Of a stretch of DNA of 64,000 bases, positions 1 through 13,500 are shown one piece after another (within the stretch, counting starts at the first letter, position 1; the number at the start of each line of letters is the position of its first letter). Below the pieces are notes generated by a model. It had not been told where the DNA came from. It did not search any database and worked only from the letters and a program-made list of their open reading frames with translations. Position numbers and translations under genes: made by a program. This DNA comes from Trichoplax adhaerens (lineage: Eukaryota; Animalia; Placozoa). The DNA is taken from the NCBI RefSeq assembly GCF_000150275.1, contig NW_002060948.1, positions 4,042,759 through 4,106,758 on the forward strand, written 5' to 3'.

Positions 1-2205
1 GTACACATCTATAGTTTAGTTGGCCTGTGAAGAATTGCCTATTCATTGGGGCGCAGTGCCAGTACAAATAAAATAATAATGATGCGCTCACATAAAGTGG
101 ATAACAAAACATTATACCGTCCGTTTCCTACACGATCTACGATCAGCGTTACTGTACCGTGAAATTGTAGAACTTGAAAAATTTACCAGTCAGCGTCAAA
201 GTTTATATATCGTCGTATCTTCAAGGATGACTGTCAAAATAAAGGGAGCCTCTGATATACAATATATAGTACGCAGAACTTCATGAATTTCTGCTTATTT
301 ATGGAAACGCCAAATGTTTTACTTATGTCCACATGAACAGCACTGTCATCCCATTTAATCGAGATAATCTCATCGCAGTTAACAAACTTTGCTATTTCAC
401 TGGAGTTCACAGCTACCCAGTGCGCTCGAATCTATAACGTAATTTAATCTCTCATTTATGTTGAGCAGAATAGACATGGGCGCTCTAGCCAGTTGGAACT
501 TTGCCCGCAAGTGTACAGTACTGCACGGATTGTGCTGGATATTATTATTATTAATTAATGAATTAATTAATAATAATTAATTATTCAGCATCATCAATTA
601 AGTTCAAGGGCCCATGCCTGATGCCGTACAGTAGAAAACATCCTCCGTACACACCTGTGGAATGTACTGTACCGCACAGTACAAGTATGACTTCTGCGAC
701 AGTATAAAGTACTGTAGAGTTGCACTGTGCACTGCATTTTTTGTAAATAATTCTTGGCGGCGAGTCATGACTGTCAAAACGTTCGTATGACGATTTTCAA
801 CGATGCCGTAAGGCAACAGAAAAAAAGAGAGTTGTGAAACAGAGGGATTTTCAGCTAAGTTAACCTTTAAGCTGCTCTCTCTTCGGGTGTGATTAAGACT
901 AATAGAGCACTTTGTGTAGTGATTACGGTACTGTCAACTGTAATCCACACTTTTCTAATGATTTGATTGACTGTTATCTGCTTATTGCCAACTCAGACAC
1001 TGATCGACAGTACGCCAAAGCAATTGGTATCATTCAATCGTCAGTCCTGTGTCAATAACAGTGGTTGACTCACAGTGAGCAAGTACAGTAGAAAGTAAGT
1101 TTACACTAAAACATACTACGGACTGGAGAGCGAAAAGCATTTCATCCATTTTACTACCAACAAATTTACCCATCCCAACTCTCAATCACTCCATTCATGC
1201 TATCATTGATCCCAATCATGCATTAAGCCAACATTAAAAACTTTCATGACCAAAGTCTAACTGACCCTAGTTTGTAGGCCGATGTTCAACTCTAATAATA
1301 GACTGTACGCGTAATAAGAGGACTACAAGAGTACTTTTTCTTGATCCGCATATTGTACTAAAATTGCTCGCTCATGACGACACTATTTAGGCGACTTGAA
1401 TGATAAAAGTTGGAAAAGTCCCAATTTGATACCGATAGAGTCGATATATATATATAAACAAGTGGCGCAATTAAATTAACAACAACATCCTTTAGAAAGT
1501 TAGCAGTTAACAGAATAAAAGAGTCTACAAGAGACGGATAAAAATCTGATACGTATTTTAGGACTTGTTATTGACACACAGTTGTGTTGACGAACACAAC
1601 TTGCTGAAGGGATAGACATTGAGCTGATATGAAAGAGGTCATATCAAAACTATCAAGTTACATCTGTACTGCTCACAGGGTGGCACATACAGCATGTAAG
1701 AACTGGGATAGAACTTATTCAATCATTGTAGTTTGTAGGCATGTCAAAGTTAATCAATTACATTACAATATAGAATCAAAGGAAAAAAAGAAAGAATAAC
1801 ACAAGCGTACAAGATCGGATATGCAAATGCAAGAAAAATTTTGGGGCCACGATCGTACCCTGTTGAGCTTGTATTAGCGCCAACGTCAATACAATATCAC
1901 ATTGCATAAGAAGTATCCACTATTGATAAACTAATGCGTACCTACTGGAAATGGTTGGCGCTTTTACTGGGTGTGAGAAATAATCTCTAGGTTCCTTTCC
2001 AGATCTACCTAGGATTTTTAAAAATTTAAATGGAATAGTAGACGTGACTTTAGCTCAACTGCACCGATGCAAAATAAACCTGGATGCAGCCAGCTCTCCA
2101 ATACAAAACAACCAAGTCTGAAGTGTCCAACAAGTCTATGTGCAAGCCAGTAAATAGTTGGTGGTACAGTGTCTTCCTGTGCACGTGGGTGCTGGTGCCT
2201 GGCGC

Positions 2206-2420
2206 ACAGTACAGTACAGTACAGTACAGTAGCGTCGTACAGTACTTTGTGTAGCAGAGCACAGTACTGTACTGTACTGTACATTGTACTACCCACTACA
2301 GTACTGCGTACTGTAGTGGTTTATACTGTACAGTGCACAGACCAGTCTGCCCGATCGCGCATGCGTTAATCGCAGCGTACTGGACTGAACTCATCGCCGT
2401 ACCAACTGTCCAGTATACGC
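2206..2420. promoter_or_regulatory. (CAGTA/TACTG)n motif cluster upstream of the WD40 gene
   Basis: acagtacagtacagtacagtacagt, agtactgtactgtactgtac, and a 12-bp hairpin CCACTACAGTAC-tgc-GTACTGTAGTGG at 2293-2319; CpG-richer than its flanks. Confidence 0.5.
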
Positions 2421-2976
2421 GTGCGTACTAGTTGTATAGTTACCGAGGCAAGAGATGACATCATACCGAACCATGACAGTCGTCACAGAAAAATGCTCCT
2501 CTAGAATGCTACAGGAAGCTCAGAATGAATGGATAATCGGATAGATAGAGCAGAGTAGAACAAATGCTATGATTGAACGAAGGAAGCTGCTTGTCTATCC
2601 TTCTACCGATTCTTTTATTAGGTCTCTACCAACACTGTAGCTATAACGCATAGTGGTCTTGCACTTGAGGGTTGTAAGGGGAAGATGAGATAGACCCAAC
2701 AGCTGCAATCTCCCTCTCAACCTTTGACTCTATACATACTGAAACAACGCTCTAGTTTCCTATGTACAATATAAGAGCAAAGATAGAAATGAACTGTTGG
2801 GGTGATCCAGGTGACGATGTAGTACTCTTAGGCTCGATCACATTTCGTGTAGTACGACCGACTTCGAGAGTCTTATCCACATACAGTACAGTACAGTCAC
2901 GCAGACCTACAAGCGACACCCAACTGAAATGACTCCTCTGTACTGTACTCGATTGACGGACAAAGGACTGTTCTGG

Positions 2977-3050
2977 ACTTCTACTTCTACTTCTACTTCT
3001 ATCTTATACTTCTATCTTATACTGATACTTATATTTTATACTTCTACTTA
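2977..3050. repeat. (CTTCTA/CTTATA)n hexamer microsatellite
   Basis: cttctacttctacttctacttctatcttatacttctatcttata... Confidence 0.85.
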
Positions 3051-3247
3051 GAACTCGCTGTCTATAGTAAGCGTATACTATAACTGTACAGCAATTAAGG
3101 TAGCACTAGATAAGAAGACGAGCCATTTAGTACCGACTACCGAGGAGTGAATATATCTATATTTGTCTAGGCAATTGCACCTTTTTGGACTTAGTGGTGT
3201 ACGTTTCCACCTTCAATTTTGCCAATCAAGATATCAGCAGTCAAACT

Positions 3248-6200
3248 ATGGATCAATATGACTCCAAGACCATGGCTATCATTCGTAAATTACGCAAAAA
3301 ACTTCGACAAATAGAAAATTTAGAGCGACTACAACGGCAACTTACCGACGATGAATTAGCTAAGGTAAGCAATGTCTGGACACATCAATGAAAGCATTGC
3401 AGCAATGGTTGATACTCTACTGTGTTGGAATCCATTCGCCACACAGCAATAGTATCTACAAATTGAAACTCTATCCGAGGTCTCGGTTATGTATTATAGT
3501 TCGAAGAAGGATGTCAACAAAGCAGTCAATGTAGATAACGGATCAATTCGATTAAACCAACTTTGACTATCGTCTACCAGACTTACTTTAGATAGCCTTG
3601 CTTTCATTGCTTGCTATCAGTCTCGTAGTAGAGTACAGTACTAGATGGCCAGTCTTAACCAACAAGCTAGTCCGATAAATCAAGTCTTTTGCTAGAATAC
3701 TGTAAACAAACAGTTGCTGTGTTAATAGACTAGACTCTATTGGTTGGCAAAGGAATTGCTTCAGTAAAGCTAATGTGCATTGTGACCGCAATGCTGATCC
3801 TTGAATGCATGTGTGCAATCCATAAAGTTTAGTATTACTCTCGCTGCAATGGAGTGTATCATCGCCTTCATTACAGATTATAGTACGTACCACCAGCTGC
3901 ATTGGCTGTATTTTACTAGGGATAAACTAAATATTTTTTCAATTTACAGATCTATCTCAAAGAAGAATTAAGGAAGCAGTTGTCGCTGAAGCTAGCAGAT
4001 GGACAACAACGACATGATCCCAGAAGTTTAGATAAGAAGCCTATAAAGAGTGCTGAACTGAGTGAAAAATTAACTGCTGATGCAACTAGTAAAAGTAAAG
4101 CTGAATCCAATGTTACAAGTAAAACTTCTAGTCAACAAAACATTGAAATTACCAAAACAGATCTATCATCGCGCCCTAGTAAGCAAGCCGCTGTTGAAGA
4201 GAAATCTTCAGTACGTAAAAGAGCAAAAATTACCAATCCGTGGCTTGGGCGACAATTTCAAGTACGATATCTAAAAGGTCATGCCGATGTTATTACTTGT
4301 ATGGTTGTACATCAGGATATTCTTGTAACTGGAAGGTATGTAGAGTATCAGATCATTGAATGTCTTTGTAGTGTTATCTCCTCGATAATAAAGTTATCAT
4401 GTGATCCTTAAATTCGCTTGCAATATTTATATGATTATTGATAAGATTTAGGCTATATCCACATTTGATACTGAACAGCTGATATTGTCAATATTTTAAA
4501 TGCCTTGGGCTTTATAGTATTGCTTTCGTGGCACAAACATTTGCACTTATCTGGCCAAATAACCATTGTTAAACAATTATAATATCCTATGATCTTTGTT
4601 GATATACCCTATTAGTGGGATATAGTTTATAAAATAATAATCTTAGACGATATCTTGTTTCTCATATCGTATATGGATATAATATATACCCTATAAATTG
4701 CGATTACAGCCGAGATACAACATTAAAATTATGGGATGCTGCTGATGGCAATCTAACGATTAGCATGGGTGGCCATACTGGACCTGTGACTGCTCTCGTC
4801 ATGTTACCTGCTGATGATCCTCGCTATATCTTAGACAGTGATCAGAGTGATACTCTCGGTCGGGGGCGTAAAATTATAAGTGGGTCAACAGATTGTTCAT
4901 TAAGAATTTGGGCACTGGATACTGGTAATTATACTATATCTTATCACCAATGGACAACCTAATCTTAGAATTTATTAAACTAAGCTAAACTGCATACTAA
5001 TGTTAGATATGCTGTATCAATTTTAGGATTAATGTTAACCCGCATATACACGTATTCACCTGTACAGTGCATTGACTATCGAGATGGAATTATAGCTACT
5101 GGCTCTGGTTAGTATTAATGTGATATTAATAATTTAATGAGAGCGTAGAAACGATCAATATTTGTTCTTATTTATACGTAGATAATAATATAGCATTGCA
5201 TATATATAGTAATACCGTATGATAGCAATATTATGATAATGGCATGTTTTGAAATAACTTATGATGATACTGTAATAGATCTTGACTAAATTGGTATTCA
5301 TTAGTAGAGCGCAATCAACAAGTTATTTTTTAGCACAGTATTTTATAATGGGGATATATAAAATCGTTGTCCCATTTTTATTGAACTCAAATTTATTGCC
5401 AATTTTTATTACTAATGCGTTATTTGGAATACTGTAGATGCCGGGAAAATTGAATTGTGGGATCTTGACAGAAAAGAGAGTATTTGCTCAGTTATTAGCT
5501 TCAATGAAGAGCTGTTAACCTCTGTATTGGTACGTAATTTCCTAGTCGTTAGAAGAAAGAATCTGATGGGAATACGCGTAAAAATTTATTAACATCTTGT
5601 ATATTTTAGTTTTGTGAGGAAAATTATTTGGCTGCGTCATCAACTACAGGTTTGGTAAAAGTATGGGATACCACAGACCAGACATTAACTATAACAGCCA
5701 GTTCTGACGAAGCTAACCTATGGACAAATGACAAAATGATGGCGACCAAGTATAAATTCACTAGTAGGATAAATGCTATGGCTAACAAAGGGACCAAATT
5801 ATATTGGGGAGACGAAAATCGCAACATTAAAGTTTTTGATTTTCAAAATGGTTCGTGCACATATTCTACTGCTATCGTAGTAATACAACGACTTTTGGTT
5901 GTATTCAGTGTGCAATATTAACTTACTGTACTTTCATAAACGATCTATACTCAATAAAGGGAAAATTTACAAGTTAACGAATAATATTGGGCAAATTTGC
6001 ATGACGGATTGCCTGACTATCATAGACTCTCTATTGATAAGCTCGTCCTACGATCTTGACAGTGGTTTAAGTTGTCTAAATGGTAAAAACTAAAATTTAT
6101 ATTCAACCTACATCATCAGATTTCATTTTTCAAATGATTTCTACATGTTATAATGCTTTAAATGCTCACTTTTAGTAAGAGAAACAAAAGACGACAAATA

Positions 6201-6659
6201 TTTATGCAGTATTGATGAAGGTGCAACCGAGAGAATTATGTCTACTTCTTGCACATTTTATAAAGATAAGTTATTAAGGATCTGTACTGGTGGCAGTCAT
6301 GAGCTAAGGATATGGGATCAACTCGAAATAAAGAAAGATATCAAAGAATCTAATTGGGTTATGGAAGGATTTCGTCACTCTTTAGGGTAAGCCGTCTATG
6401 TAGCATAATTAACGGCAATCGATATCAATTTATGCTTAGGCAATAGTTTCAAAAGTATTTTTTAAATTCTAGGATGCAAGTAGGAGATCTTAGTAGCGCA
6501 AGTTGTGTCCATCACGATAATTTTAGCGTTATCGTTGAAACGGAAGATGAATCTGATTCGGAATCTGAAGATATAGACGATGATGGTGAAGATGGTGCCG
6601 AACAGTCGTTAGAGTTAGAAGAAAAAGATGAAAAGAACAGTTACTGCTTAATTTTATAA
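3248..6659 (+). CDS. WD40-repeat protein with N-terminal PYM/eIF2A-like helix, acidic tail and CaaX box (9 exons)
   Basis: Approximate GT-AG exons in consistent phase: 3248-3364, 3950-4335, 4710-4924, 5027-5107, 5438-5529, 5610-5850, 5960-6083, 6176-6387, 6473-6659. WD40 motifs: LKGHADVITCM..VTGSRDTTLKLWD, GGHTGPVTAL..ISGSTDCSLRIW, GKIELWD, GLVKVWD, ELRIWD. Ends ..EKNSYCLIL*. Confidence 0.85.
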
Positions 6660-7516
6660 TTTCTAAAGTTATAGTAATAGAAAATGAGATGTAGCGAGCA
6701 TCTTCTGTATCATTCGCGAAGAAGAAGATTCATTTCTTAACTAACTTATCTACTCTGGATATAGAAGTTGCCACTGATTTTCATGAAGTGATTTATTTTT
6801 CTGTACATGATAATATATCGCAAAGTAATTCTGAAAGTAAACCGAGACTTACCAGACTTTCATAAAGGATGATTGAAACCGTTTATTCAAATTGACCGCA
6901 ATAAGACAGTCATACATAAGCACTCAAAAACACAGTTTGACTGCAATCGATCGAGATTGAAAGAAACATGAACGCTATACTATAAACAATATAAAATGTG
7001 CCTAGTAAACTAAACCTGCTTTAATGATAATCTATGCCACATAGGTGTGTTCGCTAAGGATTAGCTTTTCGCTTACAAGAATGCAGTACACATAAATTAA
7101 ACTTTTATAGTTGCCAAATGCTTGAGGTAAAGTACAAGTATTATATAAAATTTCAAATGGTCTATTTAATTTTAAGATATCAGAAAATTTGAACTTTAAA
7201 TTTGAAATCTATGTTACATTATTTACATATAAGAAAAGAAGTAGCTCAGATAATAATATTTTGATAAGTTATAAAAATTTGGACCAACCGTTTCATGATG
7301 AAGGCTTAAAATTGTATTGCTCGAGTATTACAATGTATATAGATAGGTTGTAACCACCACATGGATAGCATTGTGGATTATTATTTGTAAAGATAATTCT
7401 AGTTGTACGGGTAGTACTTGATAAAATAAGAAGAGTAGAAGTAGGAAATATTGAATAATATATAATAGTTATAATTAAAATGGTAATGAATTAATTCAAT
7501 AAAGAGATTCATAAAT

Positions 7517-10500
7517 TTAATAATTAAGAGATGCTTGCTTAATATCCATCAACTCCGATGCAATAAGATCTATCTGTCGTGAGCTTTCTTCCTAAAATCA
7601 CACATGTAAAATAAATATCCAGTTTAAAAATTTCAAGTCAAATATTAGACCGCTACTATTGGAAGCTATGATAATTCTATCTCATCAGCAAACTGTACAA
7701 AACCATTTTCTAGCCATAGAATCTTCATATTTTATTAATTTAATCCTTGAAATTCATTATCGTACCCTTAATCGATCTAATTTTTCCGAAGCTATATAAC
7801 TACGACTTCTTTCAAGATCCAATTGATTCTGCATTTCATGTAGCTGTCTAGTCATGCCGTCTTTGTTTGTTTGTGCATAATTAGCCAACTTAGCTAATGC
7901 TTGTCGACTAGTCTATGGCATGGAAAGAAAGATAATTGTAAGTTATTTCAGTTATTTTTATTTATTCATATGTAGTTTATTAATCATCTATGGTTCGAAA
8001 TTAGGATTGTAAGTTATCAATCAATATTTCAATATATTATTTCGTCTAATACCCTTAACATTTCTTTAGCTCTGATAGCTTGTTCTTCATAACGTTGCTT
8101 TTCAGATTGTAATTCTACAGTAGATTGGAGGCCATGTTCATCGGCCATGGTGTAATTATCCCTGTTTGCAATCAGCAAAATGACGAGATTATTATCAATT
8201 TGATATGCCACTAATATGAAGATACAATCAAAATTAAATCGAATTTAATTAATTTTAAGTTTCTGATGTACAACCTTGAGTTATTTTGCGAACTTTCCTG
8301 ATAATGATGTTCAGTAGCAGACGATGTCATCTTTGATTGGGCGCATGTATAATATATCATGTCGGGGTTATCAGCGAAATAAATTTGCTTTAGTTTATTA
8401 CTTTAATCTGCTATCACAATATAAATTTTAGCTGAATTGAAGGAAACTTAATGATTAGTAATTTACATTTAACATACATTATCTGGACCAGTTAATAGCT
8501 TGTCACCTTCTCTTTGATTATGACCGTGATTGGCATCATGAGTCAAGAGCTGACGTGATTCCTAAAATAAAGAAGTTAATGATATCTTGTCAATATGAGT
8601 ATTTATCGTCATAGCTGCAATATTAATCGATATTTGTATTCTGATATGAACTTTCTTAATTTCAAATTTAATGTCATATTAATAAATACACATAGAATTA
8701 TAAGTGGCTGATTGTTAATCTTTAATTTGCCTTGTCTTGCTGATTCAAATGCTCTTCATGGTGACTTTTATCTAGTAAAGATGGTCTTCAATTTTAGACC
8801 CGCAGGAAATGAAAAATTAGTGGGTGTTTTTAATTCTTCGTGAATAGTAACAGCCACTGAAGTATGAAATTATATTCTACTTGTCGGTAATAAAATTCTC
8901 TTAAGGTTACCTAAAATCTAATTGGTTATCTTCATGAACTTGAGCTAAAAGAGACAGTTCGGTCTGCAATCCATTGATTTCAGAAACAAGAACTTTGATA
9001 GTGTTAGCCTATAACAAATGCAATTAAAATAACCCAAAAGGTGAAGTTAAATTCAAATGAAATATCAATATATCTAAAGTATGATCGATCTTAGACGAGA
9101 TTTCTTATAGCATAATAATAACTATTTTTTACCTGTTCTTCGTTCTTTAAAATATATTCCTTTTTAGCTTTTTCTAATGCGGCTAATTCGATACTAAGAG
9201 ACTAAGTTGAGATTTCAAAATCAAGTTTTCAAACAACCAATTTGCTAAGATTGCAGATACTAATTTTATGTTTAATTTACTTCTACGAGGAATATACATA
9301 CTAAGGGACCAATCATTATAATAATTATGCAGCACGAAGGAAATACATCTATAAATTTTTGCTAAATTGCATCTCGGTGATAATCATCTTACCTTTAATT
9401 TTTTTGCGGTAATTTTGTCCTCTTTGACTGGAACTCGTTTTTTACTTTCAATATCTAATTGAGTTTGCATCATTAATGATTTTTCTTTGCAGCGATGCAA
9501 TTCCTTTTCTAACTCTTTAATGCGCTTAGATTGCGTTCTACTCTTGCTGGTTAATTCAGAATTGTTTGATTCGCTTTTTTCTAGTTCCTTTCTTAACTAG
9601 AAAAAGAAGTAGAGGCAACAAAGTAATATGAATAAAGAAATAAAATTGTTATTACCGTCATCAATAGGATTTTTTATGCACTTGTCCGGGAAATTTATAT
9701 TCAAATATCCCTTTAAATGTAGCCGTAACATATATACGAGATGCAGACAGCATACAGAATCCTTCATTTGCGATAATGAAGGTAATGCGAAGAAAAAACT
9801 AGACTACCAACCTCATCTAATTCTCCATCTATCTTCAGTTTATTGGTAATCTCCAATTTTTGTAATTTGGCTTCTAGGTCCTTGAATCTGCTATCTTCTT
9901 TTAGTCTGAGGAGAAAAATTTGGTAATTCAAGGAGAGATCTACTAGCGAATCATCCACGTACTATTTAGATCAGATGCTGTCTACTTGTCAAGGATATCA
10001 AAGATAATTAATAGAGTATACGATATCAATTTTTTCTGTAATTTTAGACGTACAAAAATGCTTATTTAGATAATTATCAAGTGTAGAGATTGAATAATTC
10101 TGTCTACTATACCCATTCATCTTACCTGCTTTCCTTAAATCGTTTTAACTCATTGTCTTTTTTACCGAGTTCAATTTGCAACTTTTCCAAACTTTCCTGA
10201 AGTTGTGTATTGGTCTTTAAGAGAGAATTCATCGTCTTGGCCATTTTATTGTTATCGGATCGAGCTTGTTCTAGTCCATTTTTCAGTGGTTTAATCTATG
10301 GATAACAGTAGAAAGTAGCCATTAAATAAATGAAAAAATGCGATAAAATCATACTCATTGATGGAGTCTAATATCAGCTCGAACGATGACATAACATTGC
10401 GCGTTTTAATTTATGCAAACCTCATTAAGCTCTTTGGTTTCCATATCAAATAATTTTCTTTGCATGGTCTCCAATTCAGTTTGCAATTGATTGATTGTTT

Positions 10501-13500
10501 CTTTTAGGCGGCGCCTACAAAAGGATATGTATAAATTATTTTGCACATAGCGTAGAGAAATGAAAAACATATTCTTTGGGTCAAGTATTCATTATTAATG
10601 TTTTCTAAAATGATGAAAATATTTGAGGTAGAAAATTTCAGAAATGGTAACGGTTCAATTCATCGTTGAATGTAGTCGTCAGTATTTTGCAGACAAAGTT
10701 AAGAAGTTTTACACGCTAACTCACTCTTCCTGTTTATATCCCATCAGTTCATGATCTTTCCTTCCTAAATCAACTTGAAGTTGCTCCAATGCTTCTTGTA
10801 ATTCGTTATGTGATAACATAACACTTTCTAATGTTGTAGCAATTCTTTTTTTATCCTCTTTCGCTTCATTGATTTGACTTCGGAGATCATTAACCTTAGA
10901 ATAACAAGCATCATGGAAAATTATTTTTTAAAGGATGGAGAGCAGAGCAGTTCATACCAAATAAAATTGACTTTACCATTTTCTTATAATCTTGTTCCAT
11001 GCTTCGTACTGTAGATAACATTTTCTCGTCTGATGATACTTGAGCCTGATCTCAGTAAAAGAATGTTAAAGTTAATCATAAATATATACGAGTATATGTT
11101 AGTATATAATATATAATATATTCCACAACAGCGTAGAATAAATGCTTAAAAGATAAAGTAGAAGTTTAAAAGCTATGGTTTTTGTATATTTATTATCCCT
11201 TGCCTGCTTAGCTGAGTGCTCGATCTTTTGCAAATTATATTTATACGTATGTAATTCATTGCTAAGCTAAATAGTAAAAGAGTGAGAGAAATTTTTAATT
11301 TTTTCGGTAAAATAGGGTACTTACTAATTATTCTTTATTCGTATATAGTTACTTCGAAACAATTCTCATATAAGTAAGGTATAAGACTATCGCATTTTGT
11401 ACTAAATAATTATTTGGCTTCGTAGAAAACAAAGCTAGATGCTGCATGAAGTTATATAAATCGCAAGCCGTATCAATAAGCCCATTTCGATGGCTAATTT
11501 ATCAACTATAGCTATCGAAAATATTGCTACTTTCTCGTGAATTTGTACATTGTCAGCTCATCCTGATCAAATAACGCTGTCATATTTAAAATAATAATTA
11601 TCTAGTTCCCTAGAAATAAAGCAAGTGCTACATGAAGTTATATAAATCACAAGCTCTATCTATTAGCCCATTTCGGTAGCTTATTTGTTAACTATCGAAG
11701 ATATTACTACTTTCCCATAAATTCGTATATTACTACGTCATTCTTGATCAGTTAAGACTATCATGTTTATACTAATATTTATAATCATTTAATTTTCTAG
11801 AAATAAAGCAAGTACTACATGAAGTTATATAAGTCACAAGCTCTTTCTATTGTCCTATTTTGGTAGCTTATTTGTTAACTATCGAAGAACTTGCTACTTT
11901 TCTTGTAAACTCGTACATTGCTAGCTCATTTTGATCTGATAAGGATATCATATTTATGTTAATAATCATCTAGTTTTCTGGAAATGAAACTAGTACTACA
12001 TAAAGTTATATACATTACAAGTTCTATCTATTAGTCCATTTCGGAGGCTTGCCAGTAATTATTAACTATCGAAGGTATTGCTGCTTTTCTCGTGAATTTG
12101 TACATTGCTAAATAATTCTCGATTAGATAAGTTACCTTTTTACATTGATTATCCAAAATAATGTTCCGTTGCTTAAATTGAGAAGCTTCCGACTATGACA
12201 TAGATAAGATAGGATTACTATAATAAATTAGCCTATGCCGATTTAATTATGAATCACTGATTATGAAATATTACTTCCGCATGTTCTAGGCGTTCCGCTT
12301 CTCCTTGCAACTGATCTACTCGAGACTGAAAGAATTCCATTTATGTTAATCATTATTATAACTGAGAAGTTGACGAAAATTTCTTGTATATTCAATCTGA
12401 ACATAAGCGTATCTATGCTTGTTACTAGAATCATAACATCTATAATATCAAATAATTTATTTTAGGTAAAGATACAAAATTTACAACAGCTTGAGTTAGA
12501 CTAGTTTAGTGATCTGAATGATAAGTTAATTTTGCAGGGTACTTACTTGCAAGGATCCTTTTTCATAGGCAAGTTTCTTATTTTTCTCGATGATTTCATT
12601 CATAGCTACTTCAACTTGCTGTTGAGCCGCCTGTTTAAGAGATGATAGATATTTAATTTCTAGTATTAACTATATGATAAAGATATAAGATGAAGAAATA
12701 AGTAATGTTATTGACTTACACGCTGACTTTCTAAATTATTAAGTCGTGTTTGCAGCCGCTCATTCTCCTGACTTAGGATTTGCTTTTCTTGTATTTGACT
12801 AGAAATTTCCATCTAAAGAATAATTAGTAGGATTTAAGCTGACTTTTTCTACCCTCTATTTACTCCATTAGCAGCAGTTTAGTACGATTTTGTGGTTGTT
12901 CGATTTAGATTTTCTGCAAGATTATAACTAAGCTGTAGCAGTATGATCTTACTTGAGCATTCTGTAATTCTGTTTCTAATCTTGCTTTCTCCTCCGACAT
13001 GCCATCTACTGCTTGATTAACCTATTAAAATTATAATATAATTTTAGAAATAGAAATCAGTTATATGTAAATGATGAGCGATTGTTTGTAATTTGGCAGT
13101 ACAGTGAAATACATTAATCTTGAAAAGAATCATCGTAGAATCTTATTTCATATTTACTTCATCTAGTAATTGCGCTTTATTTTCCATTAAATTTTGTTTC
13201 TCTTTAGTCACCGTTTCTAGTTCTTTCTTTAGTTGATTTAGCTCTGTCTCCTGCAAGATGCAACAAGATTAATATTATGATTCCCAGGATTCGGCAGTAC
13301 ACCCGGTATAATTTATAGCTGGATTGATAGCCAAATATTGGTATGTGATTGTCCACTATTTCAAATATATAGAACAAAATCGATAGGAGGACTTGGGTTA
13401 CACTATTAGATGATCACTAATTATATTTAAATGAAGCTCAATTCTTAAGTTGAATTCCAATAATAATAAATATAGAGACTGCAGGCTACTGTAGAATTTC

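Noticed and set aside
604-2369. Short Tyr/Cys/Thr/Val-rich ORFs here and at 23255, 24399, 46312, 46501 and 53050
   Set aside because: They are translations of the CAGTA/TACTG clouds (YCTVQY, STVLY), not proteins.
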